From Podarcis erhardii (lineage: Eukaryota), in assembly GCA_964252035.1 (NCBI GenBank), contig OZ176205.1: a DNA stretch of 64,000 bases, one strand, 5' to 3'. A program made the translations under genes and the position numbers. How positions within the stretch are numbered: the first letter of the stretch is position 1; each line of letters starts with the position of its first letter. Of this stretch, positions 52,795 to 64,000 are shown piece by piece. Below the pieces are notes generated by a model. The model did no database searches and was not told where the DNA came from. It worked only from the letters and a program-made list of their open reading frames with translations.

Positions 52795-52927
52795 NNNNNN
52801 NNNNNNNNNNNNNNNNNNNNNNNNNNNNNNNNNNNNNNNNNNNNNNNNNNNNNNNNNNNNNNNNNNNNNNNNNNNNNNNNNNNNNNNNNNNNNNNNNNNN
52901 NNNNNNNNNNNNNNNNNNNNNNNNNNN
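52795..52927. other. Assembly gap (133 N)
   Basis: Run of N bases. Confidence 1.
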
Positions 52928-54888
52928 GTACGTACAGGTGCATATACAATACCCACTTTCCCCCCAAAATAAAGATGAAAATCCACAGGAGTGCTGTCAA
53001 TTATATCAGTGTAAAACCAATTTTAATGTATTAAATAGATTTTTTTAAAGTCACACTGGTGCTAAACCTTTACAGTACTAAACATATTAAAAATAAATCA
53101 TGTTAAATGTTTCTGTTACATTATTCTGCTTATATTAATTATATTTATTCTATCTTAAAACATAATCAAATAGTTACAGATCAGTTCAATACCTGGGTGT
53201 TTGGTGATGATTCTCATATGTTTATCCAGTAAACATGCAAGTAATATTGGGACTCACAGTGTTTAAAGCGCATACAAAATTTCTTTGACATCATGGCTAT
53301 CTGTGCATTTGCAATATCAACTGCAGGCACCTGTCTGTTTGGCTGATATGAAGACATTTCCAGAGTGGTGAAATAATCCTTAATATTAAGGGCACAGTTC
53401 TCAATGAAATGTGTGCCTGGTGATTGGTTGGTTGCATATTCATCTAAGTTTCATAGGATTTGGTTTGTAATTTTATGTTATTTAAAATTATACATTTGGT
53501 AATAGTTCTTAATATTCATAATAACTTTATTCTGATGAGTCTTGTGAAATTTGATTTTGGTCAAGTGTATCATTGTTTGCTGAAATGAATTTGACAGTAG
53601 AAATTAAAAAAGAAATTCTTCTATCCAGGAATATTGCACTTTGGAAGGTTTTTATCCCCAGCGGCATGCTACTTCTGAGGTAACTTTAAATGTGAAACAT
53701 AAAAGACCATGAATAGAAAGGGAGTCTAGACTTCATTGGTAATTATCATTTTTAATATCAACTATGGGATTTTCTTCACCCTAATTCTATCTAGCACATC
53801 TGCGAGTATGTTTAATAGTGAAAGTTAATATTTACCTAAGATAAATTAACTTTACTCAAATTTCCTTACATAGTTAATTAGTTACACTGTATTCTTAGCA
53901 ACCTTTGCAGTGCATGTAGTATTTGATTTACATCCCAGTTATTGTTAAGGTTATGTGTAAATCTTACGTATACCATGGCCCAGGTCATGTAGAAAAGCAA
54001 GTGATTAAGTTAGACCAGCAGCAATTACATTCTTTCAACTGTAAGGCAATTAGAACAATAGCAGTACTTTATTCCACACATCACTTAGTTAGTTTTCTTA
54101 CTGGAGCTGTACATTTCCTTGTAACATAATATTTCACATTTGCTATTGAGATCCATGTTTGGATGTGCTTGTCTGTAATGCATACTTTATTATATTTCAA
54201 CGCTCAGTGCAAGTTGCTACCATAGTTTGTTCTCTTCACATCAGTCAAGCTTTTTGAATGGTTGCCTATTAACTTGTGTCTGCATTTGAACCTTGGCTTT
54301 ACATGCAATTTTTTCCTTTGTAGTAAAAATTATATCACACTTTTGTACAAATACACATCCATTAAATGAGGTGGGGAGCCCTCAATTTTTATTGAATGCA
54401 ATCCGTTAAAATTGAAGCGTACTCAAGTCCTATTGATTTCAGAAGGATTTAGGAACATCTAATCTTTTTTGGATTGCTCACAGTCTTTTCAAATAAGCTA
54501 TCACAGTGTTGTTTTATAAATCCAGAATGACTTCCCATATGCAAGTGAAGTTCTAGATTCTACCTGAGCCATTAAAGTGATGTTTAGCAGTCTGAACATC
54601 AAGGTGTAATTTCAGTCCAAGTATTATTGCATTATGCAGTTCTAGGCAAGTGGGAAAGAAATTACATTCAGTCACCAATGGCTTTTATTCTGCATTCACC
54701 ATGTTGTAAATGACATAGGCTTTAGCATTTCAAAGGCACAGTTTTATGTTAACGTTGTCTCAAATGCCTAAATTCACTGTCTCTGTGTTTTCTGTTTTGT
54801 ATAGCCTTGATAATCAAAACTAGAAGTTTAATAATGGTTTTTGTTTCCTATTTGTGGTTTTAATTTATTTTGTTAAACGACTGCTCAG

Positions 54889-55089
54889 GTTGAAATAAAC
54901 TTAAAGCGCTATCCAACTCCATACCCAGAAGATTTAAAGAATATGGTGAAATCTGTTCAAAATCTGGTGGGTAAACCTAGCCATGGAATGAGGCCTGAGA
55001 ATGCAACACCAACCGTCAGTGCAGAACAAGCTGTGAAAGACAAATATGAGCACAAGTGGCCAATGACAGCAAAGGATATATCCGTGGAG
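54889..55089 (+). CDS. LRRC7: LRRC7 exon, 201 bp: [33 protein letters not shown]...KDISVE
   Basis: Acceptor ctgctcag, donor gtaaca, phase 0/0. Contains the [10 protein letters not shown] motif typical of densin and erbin. Confidence 0.95.
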
Positions 55090-56558
55090 GTAACATGACA
55101 GTGTTATTTAAACAATCAGGAGCTTATTTTAAGATCAGTACAATATAGATCTCTTTATTCAGAGGGTTGTATGTAAGCAGAAGTAGGCCGATCTATAACC
55201 CCTTTCCTTCCCTCTTACCCCCCTATTAGATATAATTTGCTTCACCTTTCAGTGCTGCCCTTCTGATTTTCTTTTTATTATTATTATTGGGCCAAATATC
55301 ATGTAGTTCTCATACTACGCAGAACAAAACGGGTATTGCCAGCATTGCATGACACAGAAATTGTCAGGCCTCAGCAGGGTCTGCTGTTGATTGTCAGGTA
55401 CCAAGGCTGGGGCATGGCCCAAACAGGCAAGGCTGAGGTCAGATCAATCAAATGTCTGCTGCTCCTTGCTGCAGCGCACTCTAAATGCAAATACAGGAAG
55501 ATTCCCCTGGGAGCAATGAGAACTGATGACATCCTTTCTCAGGGGGAATTGTACAGGAAGAACATGGCTTTCTGCCTGTAAACATCAAGTTCTCTCACTC
55601 TTAGGTAAACTTGCTGTATTTGCATTCAAAGCACACAGTGGCAAGAAGCTGCTTGCACTAGCAGCCCCAGGCTGTGGGCAGGTAGATGCCTTATTTTTAA
55701 AAGTCTTAAATACTTTTAAAAACTTTTTTGTTATTTTTTTAAAATGTGCATTTCCATGCGGATTTTTAGGCATTTCTCAGGAATAGGGCAGAGCAGCCTT
55801 AGTTCCCTCCCCATGCCCAATTGGGACAGACCAGACTGTAACGGGTCCATCCATGGATGCCCACAGGATTTCCTAGACCCGATACACTGTGTACTTTGGG
55901 TCCCCTGAATCTCCCCACAATCTCTTGATAAGAACTGCTGTTTATGTGCCTATATTAACTTTACCGAGCCTACCACACGGGACTGTTTCAGATATAAAAG
56001 GGGAAGGGGAGGCCTGAAATTGGTAGCAGAGTAAGGTGGCAGAAAACTATCAAGAAAAGCAGGTAGTGATCGGTTAAAATAAAATAAAATACGCTACCAC
56101 CAACTGTACATTTGTCCAGGGCAAAATAGCTGTGAGCACAAAGCACAAAGTTAAGCTTCTTCCCACCTAAGATCAGACAGGCCTCTATTAGTTCAAGCAG
56201 AACTCATCTCACAGGCCGTGGTGTTTCTAGATTATTAGGAAAGTAGGCATCATTTGTTATTTTACCCTACTGAGGGTGTGTGATTCCATGCTGATTAAGA
56301 GCCACACCTTGAGAGTTTCTTCTGCCTTCATCCACAAGGTGGAGCCCAAGCCACTGACCCTATGCAGGCTGTGTAAATATGAGTACCAATTGTACTTTTT
56401 TTAAACATCATTCTATGACAATTAAAGTCACATTTGCCTGGTCAGCATTCGTGCTTGGAAGTTTTATAATTCCATGCTCCTGATAAAATTTCATCATTAA
56501 AGTATCACTTGCTGGGCTATCTTTTTATAATATTCCACAATATTATTGCATTTTACAG

Positions 56559-56670
56559 GACCCATATGTACATGCTGTGAATGATATGAGGATAGGGGAA
56601 CTTCGTCCCTCCATGACTGAAGCACCATTGTACCAACCTAAACTTGTCCTATTGGGTAAAGAGAAAAAAG
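56559..56670 (+). CDS. LRRC7: LRRC7 exon, 112 bp: [37 protein letters not shown](E)
   Basis: Acceptor gcattttacag, donor gtacta, phase 0/1. Confidence 0.94.
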
Positions 56671-58168
56671 GTACTAAGTCACTTTATAGATATTGAACGT
56701 GACAAACAATGAAAAATGCAGCAGAAAAATGTGCTCAACACTGTATTCTCTTTTTTACACTTAGCCAGAATCAAATTGGAAATTATGTTTAATATGCAAA
56801 GCCAGTCGATTTAGATACACAGCTATCTATATTTCTCTCCTACCCCTTTTCCTTAGACTAATAGCAACTTTAAATGGTATGAAAAGGTCAGGCCCCAGGT
56901 TCCTGGGGGCCTTAGACACAGGGTACCACTAGGCCTCTTGTCCCCTCCCTTACCTCCTCAAACTACGCTCCCTTCCATTCTTGGTCCCACCCCATACCTT
57001 TTTTTTCTGTCTGCCTGCTTACATTTGCATATTGCAATATTTCTGTCACCCTCCTTTTTGCCTCAGCTTCTATTTCCTTACACCGGCTGGTATTGCTTTT
57101 TTGTCTCCCTCTCATCTTCCTTTTCATTCCAATCACTTTCTTCTCCCATGTATCACATTCTCTGCCACTTTAATGCACCTCTCTGTGACTGTGCCTGGGG
57201 AACTGAGTCTCTTCTTCCTTCCCTGCATTCCCCCCCCCCCCCGCAACCCTCTGTGGATGCCTCCCCCCCCCTTAAAACTGCCTGTCTGCCTTCTCTTCTC
57301 CTGGGTCAACTTGGCACATATGTAATGTACGGAAAAGAAATCTAAAGTAGTTTCAGTACTCTCAGAACGTAATATAGGCAGCAGTTGTTCTAAGCCCTCT
57401 TAATTTGGATAAAACCCCATTTAAATGAATGGCTCTTCCTTCTATGCAAGAATTATGAGCAAATGGTGGGCAGGTAAGCAGCCTACTAAGTGAACAAGCC
57501 CCTCAAACTATCTGGACTGTGGGTCAGTGCCTCACTTGGGCCACTCCTAGTATTGGGCATGGGTATGAAGGTGATTAAATCCTTCCTAATCACTGCTGCC
57601 CTGACAAAACTCCCTGTGCCTGTTTTTTAAAAAATAAATATTGGGAAATCTCCCATGTCACATTTGGTTTGGCCCTGAGTGTGGGATATAGTGTATAAAG
57701 AAGGCTATATGTGTCATTAAAAATAAATACTAAATTATTATGTTCAGCAGTAGCCAAAATTGGGGGTGGGGCGTTCAAGACAGTAGCAGTTTGGTCAGGT
57801 TCGTAAGTGTAGGAAAGGGGAAAAAGGATCTTTTAAAAATGAAAAAAAAAAAATGTTCCATCTCACAAGGCACAATGTTTATAAGGATAATAGTAAAGTA
57901 ATACACCGACCAATAATTGTAGATTGATACAGTCAGATGATACAGCATCTTGGCTGAAGATGGATGGGAAAGGGAGGTGGTACTGCTGTACAAATGTCTT
58001 AGGTGTCTTTGAACATCCCAGGGATAAGTTCATGGCTTGCTATATTTGTATGATATAGAAGTGGAAATCACATTTCCAAGCTAATTACAGTAGTTGTTGT
58101 ATATATGTCTCTGTGTTCAATCTTCTGTTCAACTATTAATTTCATATTTCTTTCTGTGCTTGTTTTAG

Positions 58169-58349
58169 AATCAACAGATGAATCTGAAGCAGATAAAGTT
58201 CACTGCATGAATAACAGTGTTTCTTCAGGCACCTATTCAGACTATTCACCTTCACAGGCATCTTCAGGGTCTTCTAACGCTCGTGTTAAAATGGGGTCCT
58301 TGCAGACTACAGCTAAAGATGCAGTGAATAATTCTTTGTGGGGTAACAG
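58169..58349 (+). CDS. LRRC7: LRRC7 exon, 181 bp: [59 protein letters not shown](R)
   Basis: Acceptor gcttgttttag, donor gtgtgt, phase 1/2. It lies within ORF 58105..58377. Confidence 0.95.
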
Positions 58350-59482
58350 GTGTGTTTACTTTGTAGACCCCACTTGAAACACTGGATCTGACCATAAAGG
58401 CATCTCAGACAGCCAAAAGTACAAAGAGCTTAAATAAAAGATGATGATGGTGATGATGATGATATCAACCCTCGTATTAAAACAAAACAGACAGGAAGTC
58501 ACTAGGGCCAGACTAGCAGGAGCAGCAGCATGATTGAGATGCCTTTGTTTTTTCTTTGAACTAGCAGTGCTTCCTAGGACACCTATGTGACTATGTGACA
58601 TCATGTCTCAGGAAGTACTGCTAGGCTGGGAGCTGGTATACTACAGGTGTACACAAGACTTCTAAGAAGTCTAGTACTGCATACAGTTGGAGAAAACCTG
58701 CTGCACTTGGAACGACATCACACTGGCACTACTGCAAATAAGTGAAGCATTGTGCAAAAAAAGGTAAGTGTAGCAGCATCCCTGCCCCCTCAACAGCAGG
58801 AGAGGGAGAAGAGCAGAGCAACCAGAGCAGAGTAAGTTCTTCCCCACAACTAGGCACCTCTGCGGAAAGGCCCATGTTTGTAGGCGAGAGGAAGGGCACC
58901 TTTTTCCATGTCAAGGCCCAGAGGAATTATGCCTTACGGGTGGAAATTACTCCGGCAACTTCTACCCAAAATTCAGGTCTATCTGCAAACTTTCAAAGTA
59001 GATTACAATAGTTGAATAGCAGTTCGTCCATCTTACCCATTTTTCAGCTGACGAGAATGAAAAACGTACAAAATGATTACGTGTCATCAAGGTTTTCTGT
59101 ACTGTCTACATTTACACCATGCATGCAGAATCCTATATAAGCAACTTTGTCCCACCATAGATACAGACTCAGTTTTCAAAGAGACTTTCACTTTGCGTGC
59201 AGGCTCAGTACTATGTGCTTATCTGTCACTAGCATAGAGATTTTTATACCAGAGTTTTTTTGGAGGCAGATTTTTAGATTTATGCAAAGCCATTTTCATA
59301 TACATATAAATTGTGATATTTCTCTTTTTGTGTGCTTTCTCTTTGTTCCCACTCCAAACAAGCTAAAGCTTCCATTCAATCACGGGTTAAACAAAACAAT
59401 AATAGTAAGATATTTATTAGCATTTTATTCTGCTGTGATAGCTTCCTTATCTAATACCAATCTTTCTTCTTGTTTTCTCCAG

Positions 59483-61160
59483 GCTTGTCCAATCTTTTCC
59501 TCAACCTCTTGAAACAAAGCCATTGCTCAGTCAACGGGAGTCTGCTCCAGCAGGAAACTTACAACAACATAACGAGAGGCGTCCAATGAGCGACACCTTT
59601 GCTGACAGCTGGAATGATGGCTCTCACTATGATAACACGGGATTTGTAGCAGAAGAGAGCACGGTGGAGAATCCAAGCGCTAACCCCCTCTTAAGCTCTA
59701 AATCAAGAAGCACATCTGCTCACGGACGCAGGCCTTTAATTAGGCAAGACAGGATAGTTGGTATCCCCCTAGAACTTGAACAGCCTACTCTCAGAAATAC
59801 ACCAGAATCAGAAGTGCCTCCATCAAACCCTTGGCAGAACTGGACAAGAACCCCTAGCCCTTTTGAAGATAGGACAGCCTTTCCTTCTAAGCTGGAGAGC
59901 ACCCCTACCACCAGCCCTTTACCTGAAAGGAAGGATCTTGTTAAAGATTCTGCGGAAATAGCTAGCACTTTTTCTCCAGGAACACCGTGGGAGTATCATG
60001 AGTCAAATGCTAACAGAAGTCTTGGTAATGTGTTTTCGCATATTCACTGTCGCCCGGATCCTTCTAAAAACGTCATTTCTATCAGCAAGAGCACAGAGAG
60101 GCTTTCGCCAATGATGAGGGACTTGAAAACGAATAGGTTTAAGAAGTCACAAAGTATAGATGAGATAGACATTGGCGCATATAAAGTTTATAATATACCG
60201 CTAGAGAACTATGCAGCTACGACGGACAATGCCGGTATGCATGAGAGGCCAGATAAAATGATGGGTCCAGAACATGGAATGTCTAGCATGTCCCGTAGCC
60301 AGTCTGTGCCAATGCTTGATGATGAGTTGCTGACCTATGGAAGTGTTAAGGTGCAGCAGCAGCAAAAGCCTTCTGTAACTAAAAAAGTGTACCAGTTTGA
60401 CCAAAGTTTTAATCCTCAAGGATCAGTGGAAGTGAAAGCCGAAAAGAGGATTCCGCCACCTTTTCAACACACTCCAGAGTACATTCCCCAGCAGACTAAA
60501 ACTGTCTCAAAGGATTTGGTTAGCCCAAGAGCCTACCGAGGGTATCCACCCATGGAGCACATGTTTTCATTCTCCCAGCCTTCTGTTAATGAGGAGACTG
60601 TCAACACTCAGTACTCAAGTCAGGGATCAAGGGCTGGGTTTTTGAGAAGAGCAGATTCATTGGCCAGTTCCACAGATATGTCAATGTATAGAAGAGTCAG
60701 TGAACCACACGAACTGCCTCAGAGCGATAGGTATAACAGACACCAGTATAGAGGACCCATGGAACGCCAAAGCAGCATGCAAGTGTCTGAATCCCAATTC
60801 CTCAAAAGAAATGGCAGGTATGAAGATGAACACCCTTCATATCAAGAAGTGAAAGCCCAATCTGGAAGTTTTCCAGTTAAAAACCTTACTCAAAGGAGGC
60901 CATTGTCTGCAAGAAGCTACAGTACAGAGAGTTATGGTACCTCCCAAACCAGGCCAGTTTCAGCTAGGCCTACAATGGCAGCTCTGTTGGAAAAGATACC
61001 ATCAGACTATAACTTGGGTAACTATGGTGACAAGCCGTCAGATAACACTGATTTAAAGACAAGGCCTACCCCTGTGAAGGGAAATGAGAGCTGTGGTAAA
61101 ATGCCCGCTGACTGGAGACAACAGCTACTTAGACATATAGAAGCTAGAAGGTTAGACAGG
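59483..61160 (+). CDS. LRRC7: LRRC7 large central exon, 1678 bp: (R)[19 protein letters not shown]...[16 protein letters not shown]
   Basis: Acceptor cttcttgttttctccag, donor gtatgt, phase 2/0. It corresponds to ORF 59523..61187, which reads through into the intron. Confidence 0.97.
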
Positions 61161-64000
61161 GTATGTTTGGCATTTCTCTGCAATTAATGCCTTTTAGTTT
61201 TTATATTTCTATATATATATAAAGAAATCTGCTTGCAGTGATTAATATGTTATCCAGTAATAATTCCTGGATTTGTGTACTGAATTAATAAACCATGAAA
61301 TGTATTTTGTTACAGTTTATACATAATGAGTTAGAATTAGGGTTGCTTTGGGAAGCATTGGAGAAGTTCTTCCCTGATATACTGTTGTTTTTTAAAATGC
61401 AAAAATGATAATCTCGGTCTTCTAGTAGTGGGTAATTTATGAAGCTCAAAGGAAATCACAAAAATAGTTTATAATTTAAATATTTGTTTTATTTGCTAGC
61501 CTTTACAGTGCATAGGAAAAATATTAAAGACAAATTCCAAAGCAAAAGTATTGGAAATACTGACTTTGGCAGGTTTATAGTTAATGGGGATACTCCACAA
61601 CTCTACAGAATTCAATAGCACAATCTTCAGTGGCTGTATTATGAATCAGTCCATCCCCTTGTGTGCACAAAGTCAGATATGCATGTGTGAACCATCTTCA
61701 TGTACCAGAACTATTGGATCATGGCAGATTTAATTAAGGATTTCTTTTAGAAAATTTAGCCATTGATTAACAAATAAGCTACTATTACTTTTGTTCTGGT
61801 ACCCCATGTCTTAAATCTATGTACTTGGAAGTAAGTCAGTTGATTTACATTTAACTTATTTCCAAGTGTGTTTAGGATAACGGGTTGAAATACGTAAAGC
61901 CCCAACAGAGACCAACTATAACTTATATTTTCTATGTTAGGAAGTGTTTGTCACTTAACATTTATTATTGGTAAATGTGCAGAGTAATTCATTGACATGA
62001 GACACAGTTTCCAAGGCGTGAAGAATTAAGAATGAGGTCTTGTTTGAAATGGTGATAAGAAGTAAATGAATAAAACATCTTATAACTGATATATCCAGAA
62101 AGCATTTGGAAGGAATTCTGAGAAAAACTACATACTACATGTAGTTCCATTATTTTCTTTTGAAAAAAGTCTAATATACTGTGCAGCCATTGAGGCTACA
62201 GTTTGAAGTGGAAGACTAGTACAGGAGGAAAAGGAGCTTCTTAACCTTTCCACTTTATTCCATTTGTACATCTGTCACACACCCACACCCCAAAATGCAG
62301 GTACTCATGTTTTCCTCAGTGAAGGTAAAAGCAACTGGAGTGGAAACTTTTCAGTGGGAGAATAGTTTGAAGGGAGGAGGATTATGAAGCTGGTCTTCCA
62401 TCTTAAATTGCAACCTTATTGCTGCCTTGTATAAATGGCCGGGGGGAGGGGGGGCTTAACAAGGAACTTAAACATTCACCCTGTTGGCTGTTTTTCTATT
62501 TGCATCACCTTGTACTCGTTAAATGCTGTGTGTCTCATACAGTCTTCCTCAGGAACCTGTTTGCCTTCAGTCAACTACTATTGGAAATAAGATGAATTAC
62601 GAAAGACCAATTCATGTATAATTTTAGTCCTACAGTTCACCAGATGCTTTCATAAAATAAGTGAAAATTGAGATTGCCAAATGTGGCTGTCAAAAATGCT
62701 GAAATCATCCTGGAAAATTGGAAGCCTATAGACCTTGTTCTCAGATTTGCTTTCACAAAATTACCCTTCCTTATACTCCCAGATACATATTGGTTTGTCA
62801 TTCAGTGACTGCAATAAGTGATTATATTTCAGAAATAACCATAATGGAGCAAAATTTGTAGACTGTTTCATATCTTTTGATATCATCATGTGTTTTTCAA
62901 AGAAGGTAATTCACAATTTAGCTGTGGCTCACTGAGAGCTGAACTATCCATTCAGTAATACAATTTATTTGTTTTTATTTATTTAAAGGGGGTTGGAGAG
63001 CAGGCCAAATCAGTCTGCCAAGCGCCAATGATGAACTGATTGTCAGGTCTTGCAAAGCATTCTTGTATAGCTTTTTACAAGGTGCTTTGCAAGATCTGCT
63101 GATCAGATCATCATTGGGTCTTGTGAAGTCCTGTACACAGGGCTTTGTAGGTGCCACCAGTCAGCTGATCAGCAGTACCTGCAGACTCCCTTTCGGCTGA
63201 GGTCTTTGCCTGTCCCACACCTGATGTCATATAGAACAGTGAACCACTTAAACTAAATAAAAGACAATTTCTTGGGCTTAGACCTGGCGTTCTCAGATTT
63301 CACCACCCTGCTGTCGCCAGAGCCCACATAAACTTGTTGAAAATTACCGAGGCCTACAAGTTGTAGAATAGTGGCCTATGGAAGTGGAGTTTGGCATGAT
63401 TGGCTGGCTGACATCACTTTTCTATTGATAGCTAAACCATCTTTGGAAATTGTTTAATTATTTACCATAGCATTTTCATTGTAGCAAGGAGTTCAATACC
63501 TCAGCTTCCCTCAAGCAAAATATAGACATTCGCTCTGGAAGTATTGCAACTCATCCTCTCCACTTTAGGCAGAGTTTGCCAATCAATCCAGAGACTTTAA
63601 GTCTGACTCTAAATGGAGAAGGCTTTTTATTTTATATTTTTCCTTTCCCACTTCTAAATGCCTCTCAGAGTATTTTTACTAATCTATTGTAATTTCTTCC
63701 ATTCTGTTGTCACACAAATCTATTCCCCTTCCCTTGAACCTGCCAGTTTCGTTCTAACTTTCACCCTGGTCCTTTTTATCTTCACTTCCTTCCATAACAA
63801 CTTTATTCTCTCGTCCCTATCCTTTCCACTATCAGTTGGTTTATTTTTAATAATTAGTGTAAATATTAACCTTTTATCTCCCTTTCTAATTTCCTTCAGG
63901 AGCTCCTCTGGCTGCTTCCCCTCAGAGGAGTGAGACCTCCCTTCTCTCTTCCCCACCCTCCCCAAACTTCTCCATCTCCTGGTCACCATTACTTAGCATG

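Larger units (their letters stand above)
372..61160 (+). other. LRRC7: Internal portion of the LRRC7 (Densin-180) gene: 15 coding exons, partial at both ends
   Basis: Manually spliced exons give a continuous 3217-nt frame with compatible phases at all 14 junctions. The peptide runs from [30 protein letters not shown] to [16 protein letters not shown] and matches Densin-180 as I recall it. Segments such as [33 protein letters not shown] and [12 protein letters not shown] fit LRRC7 rather than ERBIN or SCRIB. Confidence 0.96.

Noticed and set aside
52928-52990. Right flank of the N gap resembling a Tc2-like subterminal sequence (cactttccccccaaaataaag)
   Set aside because: The similarity is short and lacks the ccgtatttt TIR, so it cannot be assigned without closing the gap.
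58687-58763. Strong donor AAG|GTAAGT at 58763 suggesting an extra exon
   Set aside because: The nearest upstream AG has no pyrimidine tract and the in-frame reading hits TAA. There is no similarity to densin.
462-59482. U12-type (minor spliceosome) introns
   Set aside because: None of the donors matches GTATCCTT or ATATCCTT. All appear to be U2-type GT-AG.
61161-61187. C-terminal VCLAFLCN* of ORF 59523..61187 as the protein end
   Set aside because: It is read-through past the gtatgt donor at 61161. Densin continues to a PDZ domain in downstream exons.
61161-64000. Search for the next densin exon (NAAYKHNTVNLG...)
   Set aside because: No convincing match. Slight resemblance near 63570-63615 has stops and no usable splice sites. 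The exon probably lies beyond the window.

Overview
This is eukaryotic, AT-rich genomic DNA from a squamate reptile, probably a lacertid lizard (inferred from Sauria-type and Squam3/MIR-type SINEs). The window lies inside one + strand gene, LRRC7 (Densin-180, LAP family). I located 15 internal coding exons (372-61160), all with AG/GT boundaries. They splice into one uninterrupted frame of 3217 nt (1 nt + 1072 codons) covering most of the LRR block, the LAP-specific region and the 1678-nt central exon. The N-terminal exons and the C-terminal/PDZ exons lie outside the window. Introns hold CR1, L1/Tx1-like and L2 fragments, SINEs, a probable solo LTR, several DNA-transposon MITEs and microsatellites, and there is a 133-N assembly gap. 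Almost all short ORFs in the supplied track are spurious or repeat-derived. I found no evidence of a new multi-gene system. The best leads are: a chimeric hAT element carrying the right end of a Tc2-like MITE and nested in a CR1; concerted changes in both arms of palindromes shared by two MITE copies; a candidate poison or alternative first exon in the 26-kb intron; and the apparent absence or decay of the roughly 83-aa mammalian densin insert exon. Family names and mammalian protein comparisons are from memory, not from database searches.
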